DNA of 63,304 bases, counting the filler, from Basidiobolus ranarum (Eukaryota), in assembly GCA_040143965.1 (NCBI GenBank). It is 21 parts of 21 records of this genome, joined end to end, with 100 filler letters (N's around TTAATTAATTAA, not from the genome) between each part and the next. Parts side by side here need not be neighbours in the genome. Positions count along the whole stretch, not along the records: positions 1 to 2,930 come from JASJQH010009731.1; positions 3,031 to 5,959 come from JASJQH010009732.1; positions 6,060 to 8,987 come from JASJQH010009733.1; positions 9,088 to 12,014 come from JASJQH010009734.1; 17 more parts are not named here. One strand, 5' to 3'. The notes under the pieces are model-generated. The model did not search any database. It was not told the origin of the DNA and saw only the letters and a program-made list of their open reading frames with translations. Position numbers and translations under genes: made by a program. This document shows, piece after piece, positions 1 to 12,114 of the stretch; within the stretch, counting starts at the first letter, position 1, and each line of letters begins with the position of its first letter.

Positions 1-192
1 ACGCATGCCAAATTTGAGGATCAATAATTTAACATGTATGAATACCGCCAAGATACCGTCAAGAAACCGCCGTCACATCATCAAAATCCCTGGCAGAATG
101 CAAGCCAACGATATTGTGACGGTTCTCTGACGGTTTTGCTATTTCGGAGGGTGGATCCGATCCGGATCAAATCGATTTTATTTTTGTTAGGG
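1..192 (+). mobile_element. 3' terminus of CACTA/EnSpm-like element, young CpG-intact copy
   Basis: Aligns with 8357-8547, which lies downstream of the transposase in contig 3. Homology among copies stops sharply at TTTTGTTAGGG. Confidence 0.8.
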
Positions 193-2768
193 TGTACACC
201 AGTCATGATGAAAATCAAAAAATGCAAGAGTCTTGATGGGCTTGGTCTCTACATAAGCACCTATTTGACCAATCATATATAACACTACAACAGCAACATG
301 TTTCACCATCAAACTAATGGTGGAAAAGTTGATAAACATCTGAAATTTAGAACAGGATGGCAACTTAGTAAATGGCTGACTTCTGTTACATTGCCAATAA
401 GAATAAGCTCTTGGATTTTTGCAAATTGTGATATGAAATTTGCCCAAAATATCCTCCACTTGAATCACAATATGCCCTGCCCCAAATAGAAGTGGCACTT
501 CTTTTGTTTATTACCCCATGGCTAAAACAATAATGCCACATATCTTGATCTGTTGAACCAAGAAGTCTGTCTTACAGATTTCCTTGAAATGTCATCAGAT
601 TATTGTAAGAACAGCAAAGTCCTAATTATAGAGATACTGACCATGTGCTCACAGATTGAGAAATGTTGTAGTTATTATACTCAAAAAATGTGAAAAGCCA
701 TGACCATATTGAAAACAGCCCTGTGTTGGAAGGCATTTATAGTCAGGAGTCTCCTTTGCCCATTGCATGGTATTTATTACTGATTTTACAGTTACATCTT
801 TAATTATATCAGCATACCATAATCAAAATAAATTCACACAGTGTAATGTGGGACAGGGATGATGATCAAAGTACTCAGAAGAAAGCTTAATTCCACTACT
901 AATCTCCAGCAGAGCTGAATTTTTTATAGCTGCAGCTTTAAAATCTTTGTGAGATATATTGTTCACTCTATCTTCAAAGGATCACAAATAGCACTGACAC
1001 TTGGCAAATAGCTGACGCTTGTTACCATTCAAAATGAGAATAAGATCTTGGATTTTGGCCAATTTCCATAAAAAATGCAGCCTAAGTAACTTCAACTTGC
1101 AATCAACAGAAACCCTGCCACAAGTAAAATGTTGTGTCTTGAATAGATTACCCCATGTCAAAAACAACAATTATATGTTCCTTGCTATATATTGCTAACA
1201 AGTCTGTCTTGCAGCTTTACCACAAAATCCTTCAGAGTATTGAATGGGCAAAAAAGTTCAAATTATAGAGGTACTCCCTCTTTGTTCATGGGTTGTGTTT
1301 TGTTGCTTTATAGTGCTCAAACTATGCAAAAAGCCATGTGCACATTGAAAAGAGCCCCAAGTGGAGGGCAAATATAATCCCAAGCTTCCTTAACCCATCA
1401 CATTACAAACATCACCAATTTTGCTGTTACATTGTTAATTAGATAAGCATTTGGTAATACTGATAGTCTCACACAGAGCAACATTTTACCACTGGTATGC
1501 TCCATGAAGTGCTCCCAAAGTGTTTAGTGTACTCTCAGAATCTGCAGCCAGGGTCTAAAATCTCTAAGAAGTTGTGAATGATGCAGCAGTAAATATATTG
1601 AATACCAGTGTGGATTCAGTCTATCTTCTTCAAACCTGTAATAAGGTTTTTCATACCAAATTACAAACTTTTTGCACAGTTGCTGCATCTGCCTGAGATT
1701 GGCTAATATGAGCTAATGCCATATGAAAATATTAACAATATCCACAAACAACTTGCAATCTTGCCAATACGTATCAGGCAATAATCTTTTCAAGATTCCA
1801 CTTGAGTATATACAAATCCAATACTTCCAGTCTTTGCATTTGAATAAACACTTAAATGAGTGGATATTGATGAGAGTCCTGGCAAAATACAATGGTATCT
1901 TGAAGTTTTGAAGTATTTTTCCCATTGATTTCCAGCTTTGATACTATCTCCAATGGCTTATTTATATTGAATCTTCCACTTTATAGCTGAGTAAGTAGTA
2001 TAGAAATGTTGTTGCATAGTAAGTGCATAGTGCCTAATGGGAAGCTCTGGCTCTGGCTGATCTCCTTTGGCAATATATTATTAGGCTTATGGCCAATACC
2101 AAGTTTCATGTTGAACTAACTATTTGGTGAATCAATATCAATGGGCATGATGAAATCTGATTGGGCTCTAGATGGTAAAATGATGGAATTTAGAATTGTA
2201 TTTGAATAGTAGTAATATGTATGCCTGATGGAGTCAACACCATTGATTTGACAAAATCTACAGCAGGATAGTGCATTGTGCTCGCAAAAACCTCCAAGCT
2301 TACTGATGGCAAGAGTGTGACCAATATACCATGATCTTAGCTATAAAAAAAGATTCACCCACCTGACCCCATTAGATAGCCACTCCAATTCCAGAATCAA
2401 AGGCTCCAATAAGCTATTGACAAGCACTGGTGATTTAGGTCCAGATATGATGGATAGTATCAAATTATTATGACTCTTATACCATTCAAAAGGAGGAGTA
2501 TTTAAGTTGATTAAAATTATTGGCCAGCAAGCCTTTCCAATGGTATATTTGTTTAGTGAGAAACCATCCAGAGCCAATGCAAATGAATGATCATACATGT
2601 TCTCAAAGAAACCCTGACTTTTCAGATTCTGGTAGTGATATCCATCAAGTATATTGGTAATACCATCAGCTTTGCGGTGAGTACTTTGGTATTAGATCAA
2701 TGATCTATATTTGGGTGATTTCATCAAAACTTTAAGACAGGGAATCAATGGTATGTAAGCCAAAAATG
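193..2768 (-). mobile_element. Decayed CACTA/EnSpm (Transposase_21/tnp2-type) transposase; two nested fragments at about 193-830 and 980-2768
   Basis: Motifs ALALDGF, WPIILINLNxPP, ISGPKSP and LEPLILEL (2341-2598) and FKCKDWKYW (1713-1925). Many stops and frameshifts. 300-480 is repeated near 985-1150. Confidence 0.85.
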
Positions 2769-2930
2769 TGTTGAAGTTTATTGTCTTTATCATATATGTT
2801 ATCCCTATCTTTATACACTTAACTATTTCATATATCACATATTAGTTAGTCAACATTATTTAGTCAAATATCACTTAGCTGCAAATCGGAACATATATTT
2901 TATATATATGTGAATTATGTGAGAATTAGC
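2769..2930 (+). repeat. Copia LTR type A, 5' part, interrupting the CACTA transposase
   Basis: Starts TGTTGAAGTTTATTG and matches the LTR at 60936-61313. Confidence 0.8.
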
Positions 2931-3030
2931 NNNNNNNNNNNNNNNNNNNNNNNNNNNNNNNNNNNNNNNNNNNNTTAATTAATTAANNNNNNNNNNNNNN
3001 NNNNNNNNNNNNNNNNNNNNNNNNNNNNNN
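2931..3030. other. Artificial contig linker (N44-TTAATTAATTAA-N44), first of 20
   Basis: Identical 100-nt spacers also start at 5960, 8988, 12015, 15041, 18066, 21090, 24112, 27133, 30153, 33172, 36191, 39208, 42223, 45237, 48251, 51264, 54275, 57286 and 60297. The 12-mer puts stops in all six frames, and contig lengths fall steadily from 2930 to 2908 bp. Confidence 0.98.
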
Positions 3031-3032
3031 CA

Positions 3033-3941
3033 CGCGAAGCTCATGGAAATATATTACATCCTATTGATGCTCACTTCAAGTCACTGAAACTTAATCATCT
3101 TACTCCAATGGATCACCACACTGAGGAGTTTAAACTGCTTGACAACTATGTCAAAAACACCCATGGCGAAACCCATAATACGTATACTCTGGAGGTTTTA
3201 GACGCTTTCCAATTGGAAAGATCTACAGAGCCCGAGAGATGGTTAGAAGGAGGTTGCGACAAGATAGGTAACAGAAAACTTCTCTGGCACGGCTCTAGAT
3301 TGTCAAACTTCGTTGGTATCCTAAGTCAAGGCCTAAGAATAGCACCACCTGAGGCACCAGTAACCGTAAGTAGCATCTTCACCTTTCGTCAGTTATGACT
3401 ACTCTCTTCTCATGTAGTCATGTTGATGATTTCAAATTCGGGATAATATTTCTAACACACACTTACTCAAAGGGCTACATGTTTGGAAAAGGTGTTTATT
3501 TTGCTGATTGTGTTTCCAAGTCTGCAAATTATTGCTTTGCTGATTATGGACGTAGTGAAGCACTAATGCTTCTATGTGAAGTTGCTCTTGGAGATGTATT
3601 ACCCCTCTACCATGCATCATATGAAGCTGGAGAGGAAGTCAAACAAGCGAAGAAGAACTCAACGCTTGGTCTAGGACGAATGGAACCAGATCCAAAAGGG
3701 GCCGTTACTATGGAGGATGGTGTTGAAGTGCCATGCGGCAAGGTCGGACAAAACCAAGATCCGACAATATTGAGCCAAGCTCAGTTGTATTATAATGAGG
3801 TAAAGTGAATCAATATTGAACCAACATCCTCTCACCGTTTCATTAACCAATACCCGTTATCTTATTCTTTAGTATATCGTATACAATACGTCTCAAATCA
3901 AGTTTAGGTACCTACTAAGAATGCGCTTCGATTATAATTAA
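3033..3941 (+). CDS. PARP: Poly(ADP-ribose) polymerase catalytic domain, 5'-partial; exons <3033-3365, 3473-3799, 3873-3941
   Basis: LLWHGSRLSNFVGILSQGLRIAPPEAPVT|GYMFGKGVYFAD and YNE|YIVYN give the H-Y-E triad. GT-AG introns (CTAAC branch site in the first) join the frames; TAA at 3939-3941. Confidence 0.95.
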
Positions 3942-4593
3942 ATCTAGCATGCTCATGAATGTAACTGGAGATGCAGCCATTCCATTAGGTGGTTATCTAA
4001 CTCTAGTTTGTAGTTCTATCTGTTGTACATTATCAATAAAACCTCTTATCGTGGAGGCCGTTTCCAATTGTTTTCTTTGACTGATCTTTAACCAATATCC
4101 GACATATTTATTAGACATAGAATATAACTCAGCCTTAAGTATTATCCTTGCTAGATTTCCAAGGATATATTGTTTTTAGCAGAGCATTTTTAATCTTCAA
4201 TTCCGTTCATAATTTCCCCAACTTTTCTCAAATTTTCTTGGCACTCTAACAACAGAACATTGATGTTCTTTTTCATCATTTTCCACGCTAGTATGAATCC
4301 AAGGAGGTAATACGACCAGGAGAACTGTCCAGTAGTGCCCTTTCTCGCGATGTGTTTATTATTGTGATTAATGGTAATCAAAATAGTAATTTATTAGCCA
4401 TAAAACCAAATATTTATGTTAGGAACAGGCATAGATATATATATAGTATTTTTTGTTAGGGGATCAAGTGAAAATAAAATTTCTAGTTGGGCTACAATGC
4501 TGTTAGTGATATCGGAAGAGATATTTTCAAAATACTAGCTAGCAAAAATGAATTGGAAGAATTAAGAAATAACTTTGAGTTGAGTGTAACTAC

Positions 4594-4942
4594 TGTTGAA
4601 ATTCGTATTGCCTAAACACCTATATAGTCATATATAGTATAGCATTTAGCTATCCTTTATTCCACTAAGATATCACCCATTATTCTCAATCAGAATTTAC
4701 TTGGAATATTCTTACCAACTGAGAAGTTCTCAGATATATAGATCTTTCAAACTTGTGCTAGAAGCCCCAAACTTGGCACACATGTTCCTGGGACCTTTCT
4801 TGACACATTCCACTCGTTATTTTGCGTACATTTTGACAAAACTATGAATGTCAACTTTCAACTCAATAAATCAATAAGTGAGAACCACCAATTTCTCTAA
4901 TTCTCCAAACCACTTTCAATAGGCTCCCAAAATATTTTAACA
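4594..4942 (+). repeat. Solo LTR type B (349 bp) with 5-bp target-site duplication
   Basis: TGTTG...TAACA ends; flanks ACTAC and ACTAG. Homologs at 18631-18955, 36690-36924, 36988-37333, 41498-41790 and 56470-56559. Confidence 0.8.
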
Positions 4943-5487
4943 ACTAGTAATTATTGGAGGTAATGTATCAGGATATTGTAATTAAGTGCCATATTAATCA
5001 TCTATCATAATTATTATTTCCAACTTTTGTTCACTAGGTCTTTCTGAAGGACAAAATTGCCAAACAAGTCAAACTTTTTTCCTACATCTCTGTTGCTATA
5101 ATTGATATTATCAGCCAGCATGAATATAAATTCTTGGTACAATTCAGTTAAGCTTCAAGTACAAAGTAATACTCCGAAATGGCATCTGTACACTTGGAGA
5201 GCTTGTAGAAACGTTTAGAGATCCCAATCATTCCGAATAAGATTCAACAAATTATTCCAGGTAATGTTGTTATTACAACGATGTAACTAATCTTGAACAA
5301 GTTGCTTCATCCGAGTAAGTCAAGGCCAAGATCCAGAGTAGAAATATAAGCGGCAATACAGATCCTAACTTTCGAAGCTGAAACTAGTTACAAATAGTAT
5401 TTGACGTGTTACGGAAACGTAGTTTGATCGGAAGAAGTGTCCGAAACAATGCAATGGCGAGACAGGAAATGAAGTTGAAACAAGGGA

Positions 5488-5495
5488 TATATAAA
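5488..5495 (+). promoter_or_regulatory. Putative TATA box of the peroxidase gene
   Basis: TATATAAA about 80 bp upstream of ATG 5574. Confidence 0.45.
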
Positions 5496-5573
5496 GCTAC
5501 AAATCTCTGCGGTTATCACAACTAAAGTTGGCACAAGAGTCTTCTATCGATTGCTACTTGCCTCAGACAAACT

Positions 5574-5959
5574 ATGTGGTACACGCTCAAAGGATTACTC
5601 GTGCATCATTCGAGTTTTTCCCTTACTTGCTTATTACTTGTTTGCTTGTCAGGTCAGCTGGCATCGGCTACTCCATATCTTGAAAGAGAACTAACCGTAG
5701 AGGATCACCACTGGGAGAAGCCGAAGAATGCCATTCGGGGTCCATGCCCTGTTTTAAATACACTATCCAACCACGGCTATCTCCCACGTTCTGGGCAAAA
5801 CATAACCATTTACCAATTGCGACAGGGTCTGGAAGATTCATTAAATGTACATCCTCTTCCTCGCGACGTGTTGGTGGCAGTATTTTATAGCCACATAGGC
5901 AAATATACAGACTCAAGCATGGTTATACCAAGTCTCCAAGACCTGAGAGTTCATAACTT
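5574..5959 (+). CDS. Secreted heme-thiolate peroxidase (chloroperoxidase/unspecific peroxygenase family), 3'-partial
   Basis: Hydrophobic signal-like N-terminus and the family signature RGPCPVLNTLSNHGYLPRSG, whose PCP cysteine ligates the heme. Cut by the contig end. Confidence 0.9.
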
Positions 5960-6059
5960 NNNNNNNNNNNNNNNNNNNNNNNNNNNNNNNNNNNNNNNNN
6001 NNNTTAATTAATTAANNNNNNNNNNNNNNNNNNNNNNNNNNNNNNNNNNNNNNNNNNNN

Positions 6060-8547
6060 GAGTGGAGAGTTTACTCCAATCTTAGCAACCAGGTGTTTAT
6101 TGGTTTTCTAACACTTTTACCACAGTTGATTGGCAACTGTTGCTTGCCACAGACCTGGTACAAGTGGAGAACACTTGTCAATTGTCTGACTTATAATCCT
6201 TCAGTAATTAAACTACCTTCATGTCCAAATGGTTGTTTGGTTTTCACCAGTGATCTGAAAAACCTGAAGTCATGTACTGTTTGCACACAATTGGCAATCA
6301 CTGAATCAGGAAAATATTGTTCATATTTGGCTTACATACCATTGATTCCCCATCTTAAAGTTTTGATGAAATCACACAAATATTGATCTTTGATCCAATA
6401 CCAAAGTACCACCGTAAAGCTGATGGTATTACTAATATACTTCATGGATATTACTATCAGAATCTGAAAAGTCAAGGTTTCTTCAAGAACACATATGATC
6501 ATGCATTTGCATTGGCTCTGGATGGTTTCTCACTAAACAACTATACTGTTGGAAAGGCTTGCTGGCCAATAATTTTAATTAACTTGAATCTTCCTCCTTC
6601 TGAACAGTATGTGAGTCATAATATTTTGATACTATCCATCATATCTGGACCTAAATCACCAGTGCATATAGATAGCTTCTTGGAGCCTTTGATTGTGGAA
6701 TTGAACGGTTATCTAATGGGATTCAGATGGGTGACTATTTTATTAAAGCTAATATCATTGTATGCATTGGAGACACCCCTGCCATCAGTAAACTTAGAGG
6801 ATTTTGTGGGCACAATGCACTATCTTGCTGTAGATTTTGTCAAATTAATGGAGCTTACTCTGACAGGCAAACACATTACTACTATCAAAATACAACACTA
6901 AACTCCTTGATTTTACCATCAAGAGCCCGGTCAGATTCTAACATGATCACTAATATCAATTCGCCAAATAATCAGTCTTACATCAAACTTGGTATTAGCT
7001 ATAAGCCTAAAATTATATTGCTAAAGGGAAGCAGCTGGAGCCAGAGCTTCCCTTTAGGCACTATGTACTTACTATTCAACAACATTCCAATACTACTTAC
7101 TTCGCTATATAGTGGAAAATTCCATATGAATGAGCCATTTGAGATCGGATCAAAGTTTGAATTGATTAGGAAAATGCTTGAAAACATCAAGACACCATCA
7201 TATTTTACCAGGACTCCCATCAATATCCACTCATCTAGGTGTTTATTCAAATGCAAAGACTGGAAGTATTGAATTTCTATATATTCAAGTGGAATTTTGA
7301 AAAGATTTCTTCCTGATAAATATTGGCAAGATTGGGAGTTGTTTGTGGATATTGTTAGAATATTCTTATGGCATCAACTACATTGGCAGATCTCAGGCAG
7401 AGACAGTGACTGTGCAAAGATTTTGTAATTGGACATAAAAAACTTTATTACAGGTTGAAAGAAGATGGACTGAATCTATGCTAGTATTCAAAACATTCCC
7501 TGCTGCATCTTTCACAATGCTTAGAGATTATAGGCCCTTGCTATACATTCTGGGAGTTCCCAATGGAGCACACCTGTGGTGAAATGATGCTCCATGTGAG
7601 ATTGTCAGTATTACTGTATTCTAATCTGATTAACAATGTATCAGCCAAATCAGTGATGGATGTAATGTGATGGGTTAAGGAGACTCAAGAGTATATTAAC
7701 CTGCCAACAAAGGGCTTTTATCAATGTGCTCACAGGTTTTTGCATTGTTTGAGCACAATAACCAAAACAAAGCCCAATCCAAGGACACATAGTAAGTACC
7801 TCTATAATCGGACTAATTTGCTTGTGTGATAATCTGACAATACTTTTAGGAAAGCTGCAAGACAGACTACTTGATGAGATAGTTCAAGATATGCAGGATT
7901 ATTGTTTTAGCCATGGGGTAATCTATTCCAGCAATGACACATCTACTTGTGGCAGGACATTAGTTGACTGCAAGTTGGGGATATATTGGCTGAATTCTTT
8001 ACGGAAATTTGCCAAAATCCAAGAGCTTATTCTCATTGTGAATGGTAGTAAGAGTCAGCTATTTGCCAAGTGTCAGTGCTTTTCAAAATTTCAGATGTTT
8101 AGCAATTTTTCCACCATTGGTTTGCTGGTAAAGCATATTGAAGTTGTTGAGTTATGTTTAAACAGTCAAGTATGAGCTTATGTAGAGACTAAACACAACA
8201 AGATTCTTATATTTTTTAATTCTCATTTTGGCTGGAATGCAAAGCCTAAAATAACTAAATAAAGGCATACATATCAAATTGGATTCCTACAGCAGTAAAC
8301 CCAGTAATTTGCCATTGAAAAATTATATTTTTGCAAAAATTGCCAGATATTGTATAACACATGCCAATTTGAGGAACAACATTTTAACATGTATGAATAC
8401 CATTAAAATACCATCAAGAAACCACCATCACTCCATTAAAATCCCTGGCAAGATGCAAGCTACCAACATTGTGATGGTTCTCTGATGGTTTTGCTCTTTT
8501 GGAGGGTGGATCCAATCTGGATCAAATTGATTTAATTTTTGTTAGGG
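6060..8547 (+). mobile_element. Decayed CACTA/EnSpm element: most of the transposase plus the 3' terminus
   Basis: CPNGC, ALALDGF, WPIILINLNLPP, GPKSP, DSFLEPLI, IGDTPAISKLRGFCGHNA..CRFC and WEFPME motifs in broken frames. Ends at GTTAGGG (8547). Confidence 0.88.
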
Positions 8548-8987
8548 AATGGGGCACAACTGTGGTAAAATGATGCTTTCTGTGAAATTGTCAGTATTAC
8601 CATAGACTAATCTGATTAGTAATATATCAGCAAAATCAGTGATTGATGTAATACAATGGGTTAAAAAGACTCCATGGTAGATTAAACTTCCAACAAAGGG
8701 CTCTCTTGAATGTACTCATGGGGTTTTGCATTGTTTGAGCACAATAACAGCAACAAAGCCCAATCCATGGACACAGAGTAAGTATCTCAATAATTTGGAC
8801 TAATTTGTTTGTGTAATAATCTGACAGTATTTCTAGGAGAACTGTAAGACAGACTTCTTGGTGAGATAGATTGAGATACCCAGTATCACTGTTTAAGTCA
8901 TGGGGTAATCTATTGAAGCAATGACATATCTACTTGTGGCAGGACATTTGTCAACTGCAACTCAGGGATATTTTGGCAAAATTCTTT
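8548..8987 (+). mobile_element. Internal fragment of another copy of the same CACTA family
   Basis: Diverged repeat of about 7562-8005, starting directly after the terminus at 8547. Confidence 0.8.
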
Positions 8988-9087
8988 NNNNNNNNNNNNN
9001 NNNNNNNNNNNNNNNNNNNNNNNNNNNNNNNTTAATTAATTAANNNNNNNNNNNNNNNNNNNNNNNNNNNNNNNNNNNNNNNNNNNN

Positions 9088-9933
9088 TACTATGTCCTCA
9101 TGGCTCTTATGATCATCGGTGCCCTTCTTGGCTTCGGTATTGTTCCTCCTGAGAAGGTTGTTCGTAATGATGGATCTCGTGTTGAGGTAGCCAAGTTCAA
9201 GAATGTTGGTGGTGAAATCCTTGAGATTCTCAAGCTCTTCACAAACAAGAACATGTTGCTACTCCTCCCATTGTTTATCTCCTCCAACTGGTTCTACTCT
9301 TACCAATTTGGTGGTGTGAATGAAGTATTATTCAATGTTCGTACTCGTTCTTTCAACAGTGCTTTCTACTGGGCCAGTCAAATGGTCGGTGCTTATGGTA
9401 TGGGTATTCTTTTGGATAATGCCAGGCTCAACCGTCGTACTCGTGCTATCTATGGATTAGCTGTAGTAGCTGTTCTCAACACCATCACCTGGGGTGGTGG
9501 TCTTGCTTCTCAACTCAATTACACTCGCGAGAATCATCCCAAGGATATCGACTTCCTTAATGGTCCTGGTTACGGTCCTCTTTTTGTCTTGTTCCTCTGT
9601 TACGGTCTCTGCGATGCTGTTTTGCAAACATATGCTTACTGGTTGATGGGTGCCCTATCCAACGACTCTCAAGTTCTTGCTCGTTATGCTGGATTCTACA
9701 AGGGAGTTCAATCAGCTGGTGGTGCTATTGCCTGGGATATTGATGCCAAGCGTAACCCATTCATGACCCAATTCATTATCAATTGGGTCCTATTGACTGT
9801 TTCTCTACCATTCTCCTTTGTTGTTGCTAGAGGCATCAAAGATACTTCAGATGTTGATAGTGAGAAGAACGAGATCGAATATGTTCCTCAAGCGAACCAT
9901 TCTAGAAACGAGATTGAAGAGAAGACTAATTAA
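9088..9933 (+). CDS. UNC-93-like MFS membrane protein, copy 1, C-terminal half
   Basis: Multiple TM helices; SNWFYSYQF, FNVRTRSFNS and ARYAGFYKGVQSAG are typical of fungal UNC-93-like proteins. Confidence 0.88.
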   Translation, partial: YYVLMALMIIGALLGFGIVPPEKVVRNDGSRVEVAKFKNVGGEILEILKLFTNKNMLLLLPLFISSNWFYSYQFGGVNEVLFNVRTRSFNSAFYWASQMVGAYGMGILLDNARLNRRTRAIYGLAVVAVLNTITWGGGLASQLNYTRENHPKDIDFLNGPGYGPLFVLFLCYGLCDAVLQTYAYWLMGALSNDSQVLARYAGFYKGVQSAGGAIAWDIDAKRNPFMTQFIINWVLLTVSLPFSFVVARGIKDTSDVDSEKNEIEYVPQANHSRNEIEEKTN

Positions 9934-11260
9934 TTACTAATAGTTTTAAATGGACGTCTCAACCTTACTGTTTACTAGAGGCATGTTTCTCACCTATCAA
10001 TAACACTAATTTAGTACGGACATAGTGTCCATAATATCACGTTTAATAAAAGATGGACTTTAATTTTGATAAACAAGCTTTCTCTTGATATTTGTTCATC
10101 TTGAAACTTGTCGAATCAATCGGTGTTACTGTGGTGATTACGGCGCATGAGTGGTTGTTATGGTCATTTAGTGACTGTTAGGATAGAGTCTGAGATAGGT
10201 GAAATCCGGATTGTTGGGTGCCACTCAATAGTAATTGGAGTAATATTGCGGTGGAACAGAAGACTTCTACACTTAAGTACTGTATCAAGTATCTCATCCA
10301 ATTAACTCTTGCATACTAAGGGAGGCATAAAGGTAACGTACAAAGTTCAACATTTAGGTACGCACTCGTAACTGAATTGAGAAGCTTCTCTAACTTATTA
10401 GGAAACATAAATGTGGCTATGAGATTCTCGACTTTCGAAAACTAGTTTCGCCTTTACTTGGAATATTAATGAAGTTGCTGTCATCGAAAATGTTCTCATC
10501 CGGATATGAGGCATGTGACATGTGCCTTATCTGTTTGATCCGACAACTACAGTGACAGCAACATGGACTATGTATGGGAAACAAAGCTGTATATCTTAAC
10601 CAAGTAACACCCAGGAGCCTGTATAAATACTATATGGCAACTTATATGATTATTATTGCTGCTTGAAATCCATTCATTCAAAAGCGGTTGCTGATAATGA
10701 TGAAAATGCCAAGTGCTGTAGTTGACAACTCCATGATCTGTCTCCATAACTACGTATCTTGAGTTATGTTGATTGAATGAGATCATGCAAAAGAGGTGCT
10801 GCATTTTACAAAAGTAGTCAAATAAAGAGATATTCAATCATATACAAGTCATTTTTACACCGCGAGTCAATCTGTTAAGCTTCAATTTCTCATTAACTGG
10901 AATCTTTGCTACTATCATTCTCCTCTTCAGCTTTGTCGCTTGAAATATACTTGTACTAGAGTGGTCATAAAGTGAATGTACACCAGTAATAATATTGGTG
11001 ATTCTTACTTATTGATTAGAAAAACCAGTTATACCGAAGAATTGCTTAATAACACTGGTTAGTTCTTATTACTCATACCGAATAGTTTACCAAAATTTAC
11101 TCAATTTCACTGAATTTACCATTGGTGCCATAGTAATACAAGTTCATCCTCATTCCACAAATAACACTTGGTACTGTCAATTAGTTCATAATAGGAAAAA
11201 TTGAACATCTGTAGAAAAGAGACAAAGTGACCATGCAACAGTTCACTTTAGCACTATCCT

Positions 11261-11268
11261 TATAAATA
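11261..11268 (+). promoter_or_regulatory. Putative TATA box of UNC-93-like copy 2
   Basis: TATAAATA about 90 bp upstream of ATG 11358. Confidence 0.4.
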
Positions 11269-11357
11269 TCCACCATACTACTCAACTAAATGGTATAGAG
11301 CTTTTTGCGGATAACTTGGGTTGATTTTCTTCTTTTACATCAAGCTTTATTACTATA

Positions 11358-12014
11358 ATGCGGTTTAATTCCCCAATGGTCCAGGTTGTCCTGGTGGGCC
11401 TCGCTTGTTTCTGCTGCCCAGGTATGTACAACGTTATTACCGCTCTCGGTGCCGGTGGTCAGATGGATGACAGTACTGCTAAGAATGGTAACGTCGCTCT
11501 TTATGCTTGTTTCGCTGTCTTCGGTGTGTTCGGTGGTGCTATCTACAATATTCTCGGTGCTCGTTTGACTATGGTCTGTGGTGGTTTGACATATGCTCTT
11601 TACTCTGGCTCCCTCGTATACTACAGCAGTACCAAGAAGCCAACCTTTGTCATCATTGCTAGTGCCATTCTCGGTATCGGAGCTGGTATCTTCTGGACTG
11701 CCCAGGGTACTGTGATGATGTCCTATCCAGCTGAAGATCAGAAAGGTCGTGCTGTTGGTATTTTCTGGATCATCTTCAACATGGGTTCCGTCCTTGGTTC
11801 ATTCATTCCTTTCGGCCTCAACTTCTACTCTGACAAGGGTGCCGTCAGTACTGCCACATACTATGTCCTCATGGTTCTTATGATCATCGGTGCCCTTCTT
11901 GGCTTCGGTATTGTTCCTCCTGAGAAGGTTGTTCGTAATGATGGATCTCGTGTTGAGGTAGCCAAATTCGAGAATGTCGGTAGCGAGATCCTGGGTATTC
12001 TCAAGCTCTTCACA
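11358..12014 (+). CDS. UNC-93-like MFS membrane protein, copy 2, N-terminal half
   Basis: QVVLVGLACFCCPGMYN and AGIFWTAQGTVMMSYP...KGR motifs. Its last 156 nt parallel the first 156 nt of copy 1. Confidence 0.88.
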
Positions 12015-12114
12015 NNNNNNNNNNNNNNNNNNNNNNNNNNNNNNNNNNNNNNNNNNNNTTAATTAATTAANNNNNNNNNNNNNNNNNNNNNNNNNNNNNN
12101 NNNNNNNNNNNNNN

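Noticed and set aside
34-282. Recurrent small ORF MYEYRQDTVKKPP..., also at 8279-8485 and 61370-61825
   Set aside because: It lies in the CACTA subterminal region and reads through the element end into unrelated flanks. Recurrence reflects the repeat, not coding constraint.
2975-2986. TTAATTAATTAA recurring about every 3 kb as a biological repeat or CRISPR-like array
   Set aside because: It is always centred in N runs and is a six-frame stop linker added during concatenation.
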